Assembly: GCA_016183865.1 (NCBI GenBank)
Contig: JACPDT010000081.1
Coordinates: forward strand, 1-58,232
Direction of reading: 5' to 3'
Length of the DNA: 58,232 nt
Source of the DNA: Armatimonadota bacterium
GTDB lineage: Bacteria; Vulcanimicrobiota; JACPDT01
Below, piece by piece: positions 43,818 to 52,000 of the stretch. The first letter of the stretch is position 1, and each line of letters opens with the position of its first letter. The position numbers and the translations under genes were made by a program. The notes beneath the pieces are model-generated. The model had not been told where the DNA came from. It made no database searches and saw only the letters and a list, made by a program, of their open reading frames with translations.

Positions 43818-44195
43818 TCAACCTTTCGGCGAAGCTGGCGTGAATTTGGCCAGGATTTTCTGAACGCGCTCGAAATCCATGGGCTTTGGGATGACTTCAT
43901 TTGCCCCTGCACTAAGAGCATTAAGAATCAGTCGCGCGTTACTTGAGGATGTGCAGACGAGAACAGGCACGCTCGAACTGTGTTGTCTGACGCTTCGGAT
44001 GACTTCCAGGCCGTTCATTCCCGGCATCTCGAGATCTGTGATTACCGCATTCGGCTTTTCGGTCTCAAAACGCCTGATTGCTTCTTCTCCATCCTTCGCC
44101 GGTATTACGTTGTGGCCAAGGCTCTGCAATATCCTGGTCTCCCTTTCCCGGGACAGGACCGAATCCTCGGCAAGGAGTATCTTCAAGGAAACCAC
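43818..44195 (-). CDS. Single-domain response regulator (CheY-like receiver)
   Basis: 125 aa. ILLAEDS, ITDLEMPGMNG (phospho-acceptor Asp), LVCTSS, KP. Confidence 0.85.
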   Translation of the reverse strand: MVSLKILLAEDSVLSRERETRILQSLGHNVIPAKDGEEAIRRFETEKPNAVITDLEMPGMNGLEVIRSVRQHSSSVPVLVCTSSSNARLILNALSAGANEVIPKPMDFERVQKILAKFTPASPKG

Positions 44196-44325
44196 CTTCT
44201 TGACTTCACGTTTTCGGAACCAAGAAAGTTGATGACGTTCTCTAATTACAACAACTTATTCCTTACATGTAATACAACGAATCTCCTCGCAGAGTTCCTA
44301 AGGAGCTTGTCAACCGCCCCGGGAA

Positions 44326-44350
44326 AGGGTCCTCTGCCGGAGAGGACCCT
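44326..44350 (-). terminator. Perfect 10-bp hairpin downstream of the CHAP gene (weak U-tract)
   Basis: AGGGTCCTCT-GCCGG-AGAGGACCCT, with all 10 pairs checked. On the minus-strand RNA it is followed only by UUUCCC. Confidence 0.35.
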
Positions 44351-44377
44351 GTAAGAGCGATCAAGAGACTCGCAGTT

Positions 44378-45130
44378 TCACTCTGCAGGCTGTTTTCGCA
44401 GATAGCCGTCTATTTGATCCCTGCGGTACTTGTGTACCTGAACCGTTTCGTCCCAGTTTGAATTGGAGTCAATGACGTACACATATTCATCATCCACAGA
44501 TTTTACGAATCCCGTGTGGCCGTCCGGGTTGCTTGAGGTCCCCTGGCGCACGAATATGTCACCTGGTTGCGGGTCTTCGACGCGATCGAAGCCCGGGTGC
44601 TTGTCGTCATCCAGCATCTGGCCCGCGGATTCGACAGGGAACCAGACCCCGAGCTGTTTTTGGACGAAGCCCACGCACTGTCCGCCTTTTGTCCCCACCA
44701 GGCTGTCGGGAGGGACGTATCCGGGTTTGCTCGGGTCTTCCGATTGCGCCTGAAGGGGCTCGTTGGGCATCTCCGTCTTTTGGGGCTCTTCACCAGGGTC
44801 AGCCGGTTCTATGTCATTTCCCGGAGGTTCACTCCCCCCGATGGGATCGGGATCAGGGGTGGATGGGCCGGCCTCGTCGCCGAAAACAAACCGGCCGAGA
44901 GTTCCGAAGGCTCCCTTGTTTCCGGCGAGTACCGACAGTAATTTGGACGGCTGAAATCGGTCGGCCACCGGGCTGGAGGGAGAAGGACCCGCGCCGCCTT
45001 CGATCTCAGGGCGTGGAAGGTCGTGAGCTTTCAAAGCGGCGGAAGAACCAGGGCTTTTCACGTTCAACTCAGGAATCTTGATGTCGAGCATGTCCTCACC
45101 CCTTCTGAAAGGTTCCCATCCCGACATCAT
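44378..45130 (-). CDS. CHAP-domain (cysteine, histidine-dependent amidohydrolase/peptidase) protein with a low-complexity N-terminal half
   Basis: GGQCVGFVQKQLG (catalytic Cys context), GDIFV, DGHTGFV (His), VIDSN. The N-terminal 130 aa are Pro/Glu/Asp/Ser-rich, with no obvious signal peptide. Confidence 0.7.
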   Translation of the reverse strand: MMSGWEPFRRGEDMLDIKIPELNVKSPGSSAALKAHDLPRPEIEGGAGPSPSSPVADRFQPSKLLSVLAGNKGAFGTLGRFVFGDEAGPSTPDPDPIGGSEPPGNDIEPADPGEEPQKTEMPNEPLQAQSEDPSKPGYVPPDSLVGTKGGQCVGFVQKQLGVWFPVESAGQMLDDDKHPGFDRVEDPQPGDIFVRQGTSSNPDGHTGFVKSVDDEYVYVIDSNSNWDETVQVHKYRRDQIDGYLRKQPAE

Positions 45131-45260
45131 ACTCCCGAACCCTTGTCAAATTCACATCATTCTGCACTTACTTGGAAATCACAGGCAGGTTGGCATGTCA
45201 AATTTATGTAAACAAAAGGTAACTGCTCAGGTAGTCAGGAGTCAGAATGCAGGAGTCAGA

Positions 45261-45374
45261 ATGAGGACGTCAGCGACGAGATTTGAGGACCTGGTGGTGT
45301 GGCAAAAAGCCCACCAGTTTGTGCTTGCGGCCTACCGTTTTTCTCGGACATTTCCCCGCTCTGAAATGTCGTGA
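45261..45374 (+). pseudogene. 5' fragment of a four-helix-bundle (23S rRNA intervening-sequence protein family) gene
   Basis: MRTSATRFEDLVVWQKAHQFVLAAYRFSRTFPRSEMS*. The FEDL-VWQKAH...FP..E block is the conserved N-terminus of this ~120-aa family, and the reading frame stops after 37 codons. Confidence 0.5.
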
Positions 45375-45410
45375 CATGATCATGGTGTGTCCATTTGAAA
45401 TTGGGGGGAT

Positions 45411-46532
45411 ATGAATATGGATCTCTTCGGGTTGGGAGGATTGGGGAGCTTTCCGCCGTTGCCGGTAGGTCCCGGGGGACTGCCGGATGTGAGCAGAATC
45501 GATGCCGATGCCATCAGGCAGCAGATAGTGGGTCAACTGCCGCCTGACGCGCTTGCAGGCATGGACAACATTCTGCCTGGTGTCGGATTAGGAGCAACGG
45601 GGCTTCCGCCCCTGCCGATCAGGGCCTATGAAGCCCTGAAGATTCGATCCGAGCAATTCAATACCCAGCTTGACGGCGAGGCACGGGAATTCTCGTTGCA
45701 GGTTCAACAGGACAAGGAAGCCGTATTCCAACAATTCCATTACGAATTCGATGGGAACGGAAACCCTATCATGGATGGGAATACGCCGAGGCTCTTTCCG
45801 AACCAGCCGCCGCCGCCGCAACAGGTCACTGCCGCCGCCACCGTTGATGTTCCCACAACAACCATAACCACCCAACCGGTCACCACGATAGATCCGGTCA
45901 CAGGGCAAACGGTGACGACGATGGAAACCGTTACAACGGTCACCAATCAGCAGATGACCGTAGATGTGAATGTCCCCCTCCCCGCTCAACCGATACCTCC
46001 TGAAAGCCCTGAACAGAGACGGCAGAGGGAGGCCTGGGAGATGAGAACGCAGAACCAGGCAGTAGAGCGGCACAAGATGGAAAAAGATGCGCTGACTCTT
46101 CAACAACGGATTTGGTTTCAGGATTTCCTGAATGCCCATGTCTATGATATCGCTACTCCGGAAGTGCAGCAACAAATAGCGGCTCAGGCCCAGGCCTTCG
46201 ACCTGCAGCAGGCACAGCTAAAGGAAAGGCAACAGGTTGAATTTGCCCAGATCGGCCTGCCGACTCAGGAGTTGCGAAACAGAGTGACGGCCTTTGGAGA
46301 GAACCGCCACCGGCAAAAAGAGGAGTTCCAGAACTCTCTGCGATTTACCCCCGAAGGACAGGAAATCGCACAATATGAGCAGGCGATCAAGGACTTCACG
46401 GCCCGCCAGAGAGCCATGGTGGCTCAAATGATGGCAGGAGTGACTTCCCAGGTGCAGTTAGGAAGGTTTCTTCCCGAACTGCAAGATCCCGATCTGGCCA
46501 GAGCCCTGGGGGCGCTTAACTTCCAGGTCTAG
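45411..46532 (+). CDS. Hypothetical Pro/Gln/Thr-rich protein (373 aa) with a predicted coiled-coil C-terminal half
   Basis: ATG after GGGGGGA. Gly/Pro-rich N-terminus, a Thr/Val tract (TTTITTQPVTTIDPVTGQTVTTMETVTTVT), then a Gln/Glu/Arg-rich helical region. No family recognised. Confidence 0.55.
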   Translation: MNMDLFGLGGLGSFPPLPVGPGGLPDVSRIDADAIRQQIVGQLPPDALAGMDNILPGVGLGATGLPPLPIRAYEALKIRSEQFNTQLDGEAREFSLQVQQDKEAVFQQFHYEFDGNGNPIMDGNTPRLFPNQPPPPQQVTAAATVDVPTTTITTQPVTTIDPVTGQTVTTMETVTTVTNQQMTVDVNVPLPAQPIPPESPEQRRQREAWEMRTQNQAVERHKMEKDALTLQQRIWFQDFLNAHVYDIATPEVQQQIAAQAQAFDLQQAQLKERQQVEFAQIGLPTQELRNRVTAFGENRHRQKEEFQNSLRFTPEGQEIAQYEQAIKDFTARQRAMVAQMMAGVTSQVQLGRFLPELQDPDLARALGALNFQV

Positions 46533-46535
46533 CCC

Positions 46536-46754
46536 CTACTGAACAAGGGCCTTGATATCGGTAAGAAGCTTTTCATTATTGAGCCGAATCATGTCTGCCG
46601 TTATTTCGGCGGAAAGTATACAGGCGGCGGCAATGCTCTTGCCGACCGGGTCTCCTGGACCCTTGTGGGCGTCCCTTGCTGCATTCATGACCCCATCGCG
46701 AATTCTGGTGTGGTTCTCTTCGAGGTACTTCTTCATATCCAGGCCAAAATCCAT
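46536..46754 (-). CDS. Small hypothetical protein (72 aa)
   Basis: ATG 46754 is preceded by GGAGGAAAAGAA. The track ORF extends 5' across the tRNA and is therefore trimmed. Confidence 0.4.
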   Translation of the reverse strand: MDFGLDMKKYLEENHTRIRDGVMNAARDAHKGPGDPVGKSIAAACILSAEITADMIRLNNEKLLTDIKALVQ

Positions 46755-46773
46755 TTCTTTTCCTCCCGGAGGC

Positions 46774-46860
46774 TGGTGCGGAAGAGAGGATTTGAACCTC
46801 CACGACCTTGCGGCCACTAGACCCTGAATCTAGCGCGTCTGCCAGTTCCGCCACTTCCGC
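46774..46860 (-). tRNA. tRNA-Leu (anticodon CAG), 87 nt with a long variable arm and encoded CCA
   Basis: Reverse complement: GCGGAAGTGGCGGAACTGGCAGACGCGCTAGATTCAGGGTCTAGTGGCCGCAAGGTCGTGGAGGTTCAAATCCTCTCTTCCGCACCA. Acceptor GCGGAAG/CTTCCGC. Anticodon stem CTAGA/TCTAG with loop TTCAGGG. T-arm GGAGG-TTCAAAT-CCTCT. Confidence 0.95.
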
Positions 46861-46909
46861 ACGTTTTTTCTGCCCTAGTGTAGCATATTCCCAAAAAAAA
46901 TGCAACCCA

Positions 46910-48160
46910 TCATTTCGTCAGCCGAAGAAACCTGCGAATTGTCCCGGCGATAAGCCATGCGACGGCACAGGTCCAGAAAATCTGACTGAAACGGTCGGGC
47001 CAGCGCTCCCAGGCGAGGGCGGAAGAGACCCAGTATCCCAGGCCGGATACGCCCATCCATATGAGGCAGGCGGCTTGCACCCTTTCCGTAACGGCTGCAA
47101 TCGTAAAGTGGCGGATTTCTTTTCTGAGGAAAGCGGGGTCTTCATCCAGCCTTTTCTGGTACGCCTGCTCTTCCAGGAGCTCCTCCCGAACCAGGGCATC
47201 TCTCGCATGAAATACGGCCTGGTCCAGATATCTCAATGCCAGGTCTCTCTGCCCCTGGGTAAGATAATAGTGATACAAGGAGACATAAGCTCTGCCCGAA
47301 TTGGAGTCAAGAGCTGCAGCGGTGTGATAACATTCCACTCCACGCTGATTTTTCGAAAGATCCGAACATACATCCCCCAGGAGAAGAAGAGCCTCCTCAT
47401 CATCAGGACGGAGCTCCGCGGACTCCTCGAGGAGCGATTCCGCTTCGGCGGGTCTCTGGGTGCTGAGCAGGAGATAAGCGAGATTCTTGTTGACTTCCAG
47501 ATCCCTTGCGGCATCAGGCATATCTTTTCTCAGATCCTGGAGGATCTGGATGGCCTCTTCGAAACGGTTCCACAAAGCACATCCCCAGGCGGCCTTCTTC
47601 TCTTCCTCGATTTCCTTCGAAAGGATCCGCCTCCTTTGGAGAAGCTTCTCCAGATCGGTCTTCTTGAGGAAATAATCCGGAATCTTCTTGACCAGAAAGT
47701 CCAGCCGCCAGGAATCCACCTGTTTCAATATCTCGCCTACGATGATCCGAATCTCCCGAACATGAAGGGGAATTCTCAGGTTTCCGTTGCGCCAGCGAAT
47801 TACGAGATCCCCTGAGGGATAGGCGCTCTTGCCGATGGGAGAGGGCTTCCAGTCGTAATGGACCTCCCGAATCACCCGCCAATCCGTGTAGTGCGCACTT
47901 TGCCAGGAGAAACCCGGGATCCTGGAAAGCCAGAACGAAGTCACAGGGCTCACATGAATCCCCTCTTCGGTGAGTTGGATGAAAAGGATCGTCCTGGTGA
48001 GCAGGACCCAGCCAATGGCCGACAGGACAAGCCAGGGGAGAGAGAATGATTGAGGAAATATGGGCTCAAAGAATAGAAGAAGTCCAAAAAGAGTCGGTAC
48101 CGCCAGGAGAGCCGAAACGAGGCCGAATCCAGGTGGGGCGCTTACGATTCGCAGAGTCAT
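46910..48160 (-). CDS. Membrane protein with N- and C-terminal TM segments and central TPR repeats
   Basis: 416 aa. Hydrophobic N-terminus (two helices) followed by a PH-like stretch, TPR-like repeats (AESLLEESAELRPDDEEALLLLGDVCS, YYLTQGQRDLALRYLDQAV), and C-terminal TM helices. Confidence 0.6.
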   Translation of the reverse strand: MTLRIVSAPPGFGLVSALLAVPTLFGLLLFFEPIFPQSFSLPWLVLSAIGWVLLTRTILFIQLTEEGIHVSPVTSFWLSRIPGFSWQSAHYTDWRVIREVHYDWKPSPIGKSAYPSGDLVIRWRNGNLRIPLHVREIRIIVGEILKQVDSWRLDFLVKKIPDYFLKKTDLEKLLQRRRILSKEIEEEKKAAWGCALWNRFEEAIQILQDLRKDMPDAARDLEVNKNLAYLLLSTQRPAEAESLLEESAELRPDDEEALLLLGDVCSDLSKNQRGVECYHTAAALDSNSGRAYVSLYHYYLTQGQRDLALRYLDQAVFHARDALVREELLEEQAYQKRLDEDPAFLRKEIRHFTIAAVTERVQAACLIWMGVSGLGYWVSSALAWERWPDRFSQIFWTCAVAWLIAGTIRRFLRLTK

Positions 48161-48167
48161 GGTCCCC

Positions 48168-49019
48168 TTACTCCTCCAAAGGATGGCCCGTGAGGTTCAG
48201 GAAAACATCCTCAAGACTGGCCTCCGAAGAATGGATGGAGACCAATCGCCGCTCCAAAAGGAGCCGCTCCAGAAGCTTTCCTGCCCCGGGGTCCTCCAGG
48301 GAAAGATGATCCGATTCGTCCCGGTCTCCATTTCTGTAACAGACTCTTACCCCGTTTCCGGAAATCAGCCCTTTCAAGCGCGAAGGCGTATCGCATGCGA
48401 CCATTTTCCCGTGATCCATGATTGCCACGCGGTGGCACAAGGAATCGGCCTCCTCCATGGAATGGGTAGTCAGGAATATGGTGGCATCATTTTTCGTAAG
48501 GGTCCGTATCAGATCCCGTACCTCTCTAGCCGAATGGGGATCAAGACCGCTTGTGGGCTCATCAAGGAAAAGGACCTGCGGCCTGGACAGCAGTGTACGG
48601 GCCAACAGGAGTCGCTGGCGCATCCCCTTGGAGAATGTTTGGACAGGCTTGTGCTTTCGGCTCGAAAGACCCATCTGGTCCAGAACCTCGTCCGCTCTTC
48701 TGTCCGGCAAGCCGAAGATCTTGCAAAAAAAGACCAGGTTGATGCGGGCGCTGAGCCGCTCATAGAGATTCTGCTCCTCAAACAATACCCCAATGCGTGT
48801 TTTCAGGGAATCCTTTTCCCTGACCACATGGCAACCGGCCACAAAAGCCTCTCCTCTGGTCGGTGAAGTCTGGCCCGTAAGCATCCGGATCGTGGTTGTC
48901 TTCCCTGCGCCGTTTGGTCCGAGAAAGCCGAAGACCTCCCCCCTCTCGACCCGAAAGGAGAGATCATCAACAGCCGAAAATTCCCCATATTTTTTTTCAA
49001 GCTCCCTGGCATCAATCAT
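48168..49019 (-). CDS. ABC transporter ATP-binding protein (ABC-2/CcmA-like)
   Basis: Walker A GPNGAGKTT, signature FSKGMRQRL, Walker B LFLDEPTSGLD, H-loop TTHSMEE. The start overlaps the upstream giant gene's stop as ATGA. Confidence 0.9.
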   Translation of the reverse strand: MIDARELEKKYGEFSAVDDLSFRVERGEVFGFLGPNGAGKTTTIRMLTGQTSPTRGEAFVAGCHVVREKDSLKTRIGVLFEEQNLYERLSARINLVFFCKIFGLPDRRADEVLDQMGLSSRKHKPVQTFSKGMRQRLLLARTLLSRPQVLFLDEPTSGLDPHSAREVRDLIRTLTKNDATIFLTTHSMEEADSLCHRVAIMDHGKMVACDTPSRLKGLISGNGVRVCYRNGDRDESDHLSLEDPGAGKLLERLLLERRLVSIHSSEASLEDVFLNLTGHPLEE

Positions 49020-52000
49020 TGAATTTTTACCGTGATTTTCTCTTTGGAATCATTACCGGCCTCGTCTTCGCCCAATACTTCAAGATCGTGGGATCCGGGT
49101 TTCAAGGGTTCGGTGGTAAGGCCAAACCTTTCTGTCCTTGTATCAAAAATTCCGTCTGCAGGCAGTGCGGGGAGCCATGCTCCTCCGTCCACCCGATAGC
49201 GCACATTCACTATGGGGGAGGACTCGTCCGTTACGAAACCTGTGATCCTGGCCCGGTCCCCCTTGCCGACGAAAGAGACGTCATCGGTAATCTTGACTTT
49301 TGGAGGAGTGTTGTCCAGGAGAAAAGGATTGGAAAGATCGGAAACTTCGTACATCCCCTCTGCATGATGGAGGCGGTCGGATGCCGTGACTTTGAGGATA
49401 TACCTCCCATCCGAAAATCCTCCCGTGCCCCATGTGAAGCTTTGCTCTTTGGCAGTTTCCAGCCTGGCCTGGTCGGACGGTCCGCTACCCCCTTTCTGCA
49501 AAACCCCCTCTTTGATCACCCTCCAGGTTTGGCCTTCATCGCTGGAGGCATAGAGATCGAATACAAGTCCATCCCCGTCCGGGTCAAGAGCTTTCCACCT
49601 GACCGCCGCCTCTTTGGAGAGCCTCTCTCCGCCGAGAGGCGCCAGAAGGGCAAGTAAAGGCCGCTGATTCTCCTGTTTGAAGAAAATCCTTACAGAGGAT
49701 AAAACAGGAGTCTGTTTTGAGCTCTCCGTTGTCAGGAATGCCCGATACTGAATGAAACGCCCGGGAGGACTCAGGACTCTCATTCCCTGCGGCTTGTCGT
49801 AGGAGAGAGACCATTCGCTCCAGGAAGAGTCGGGGGTCTCGGTATTTCCGCTTCTGGTTTCGAGAATAACGGAGGTGCCGGACTTCAGGGATACATCCCA
49901 CTGGATCGTTCCCCATTCCGCCGGGAAACCTGCATCATAGACGGTGGATTCGATGCTTCCTTTTGAGACATGCTCGGGGAGGAGGCCGAAGACCTTGCCT
50001 CCATTGCCTGATGCGACATATATGGCGCCCTCCTTGTCCGTGGCGAGCCCGAGAATCTCCGTCTCCTCAAAACGATGCACGATGTGAAGGCGATCTTCCG
50101 GAGTCAACTTATACAGGATTCCGTCCTTGCCTGTCCCGGCGAAGACGGCGCCCGTGTCATCCACTGCGAGACTTTGAACCCGGGACTGAGAAATGTCCCA
50201 GTACGTGATCTTCCCCTTCGGCGTGATCTTATAAATGGCCCCTTTCTGGGATGCAGCGGCAAAGAGATTCCCTTCCTTGTCCAGGACGAGTGCATCCACG
50301 CTTACCTGGGGAGTATCGTAAACGGGCTCCGGAGCACCGCCCACGGGTATCCGATAAATGATCCCTCCATTGCTGGTGCCTGCGTACAAAGTCCCTGCGG
50401 AATCGAAAGCCAGGGATCGTATGTGGGATTGAGGCAGGTGAAAGAGATCCTCCCCCCTGCCGCTTCCGGTGATCTCAAAAAGAGCGCCCGAAGGTCCAGT
50501 CCCTGCATAGAGGCGGTCCCTTTGATCAACAGAAAGAGACCAGACATACTTCTGGCCTGTCCGAAAATAGGGGTTCACCTCACCCCTCGAAGTAATCTGA
50601 TAAATAAGTCCATGAGGTCCGGTCCCTGCATAGACATTTCCCTTGCTGTCCGAAGCCAATGAGAACACTTCCACATCAGGAATCTTGAATTCCGTTCGAA
50701 TCGTCCCATCCCGCGATATTTTATAGACCATTCCGTGATTGCCGCTTCCCGCAAAAATATACCCTGACACAGGCTCATAGATGCAACACCAGAGGAAAAG
50801 CTCTGAAGTCTCGTGGAGGGTTCTCAGGGCCGGCGCAAGGTAGATGGCGCCGTTTTTCGAGAAAGAGACATCCTCGAACTCCCCTTTCAAGAAATCGGAC
50901 AGACTGGACTGGGTCCATTTGCCCCGCTCAGGCGCTTTGGGTTTGGAGTCAGGGCGGGGTGAAGGGGTGGCGGAAGGCCTGGGCGTTGTCGGCGGCGCCT
51001 GGGGCTGGGGGGCCGATTCGTCGTCATACTCTTCCGTGTCTTCATCCATGTAGGTATTGCCGTGGGGAGACTGTGGTCGAGGAAGTACGGGAGGCAGGGA
51101 TGGTGGCGCCGGAGGCTGCACCCTGTTTTCTTCCCCCTTTTTCTTCTTTGCCTCCCCTTTCCGCTCCACTGTGACCGTTACGGACTCCTGGCCTGTTATG
51201 AGCCAGGGCGTGGCGACTTCCACCTCGAATTCGTTCGTCCGTGTCTTGATGGTGCTTTCCAGGGAGGACTCGAGGATATCGGAAACCGTGGGAGGCAGGG
51301 AGTAGAATTCCTCGCCCTCTATTGCCAATCCCTTTCCCGGAAGCAGGACTTTGGCAACAAGCTGATTGTTTTGTTTCTTCCTTCTGAAGTGGTTCAGGAT
51401 CTGGCCGGTGTTCACTGGTGCGGGCCTCAATGTTCCGACTCGCTTCTCCAGCGCCTGAAGATAGGCCCCCCCTGAAATGGAGATCCTGAGCTTGCCGCTT
51501 TCCAGATCCTCGGGGAGAGGAATGCTGACGATCCTCTTTTGTGGTGCTTCGCCGTAAGGAGTCAGGTCAACGGCAACCTCCACAGTGTCCCCCGGATTGT
51601 AACGGGGTTTCAGGAGCGCGACCCTGGAGATCCGGGCCGAGAGTCTTTTGGGCACCAAATCCACTTTCAGTTGAAGATGCTTTATGGAAGTCGGCGAAAA
51701 GTCATTCCCCAGGATGGTCGTGACGACCTCGCCGATCTCGGCTGAGACGGCGCTCCCCACGGTCCCTTCCTCGAAATATACATTCTGAAAATGAAGAGGC
51801 GGATAGCCTGCCACATCCACATCAAAGGAAACCCTTGCGGAGTAATCACCCCTGGCCCTGGAGTTGACCTGAACCGCCTCATTGACTGCAGCCGCCAAAA
51901 GGCCCCCCGCGAGAAACTTGTTCGGGATCACTTTCAGATGGTAGGCTTTGGAAATGCGTCTCTCGGGATCGGAAAAAGACATGGTCACAGGAATCAGACG

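Noticed and set aside
39915-44195. A Detocs-like anti-phage two-component system (PNP-domain effector plus receiver proteins).
   Set aside because: No histidine kinase is in the window. The PNP-like protein has no receiver domain. The CheY-like gene is separated by its own promoter-like region and by the HAD gene. The resemblance is limited to two common domains.
44378-46532. Prophage remnant, suggested by the CHAP-domain hydrolase.
   Set aside because: No capsid, terminase, portal, tail, holin or integrase genes are visible nearby. A CHAP domain alone is not diagnostic.
48980-48992. Homopolymer runs inside coding regions (T8 at about 48981..48988 in the ABC ATPase; T8 at about 2895..2902 in the giant gene) as programmed frameshift sites.
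   Set aside because: Both genes read through in a single frame with intact downstream motifs. The runs simply encode Lys-Lys(-Lys). There is no evidence of frameshifting.
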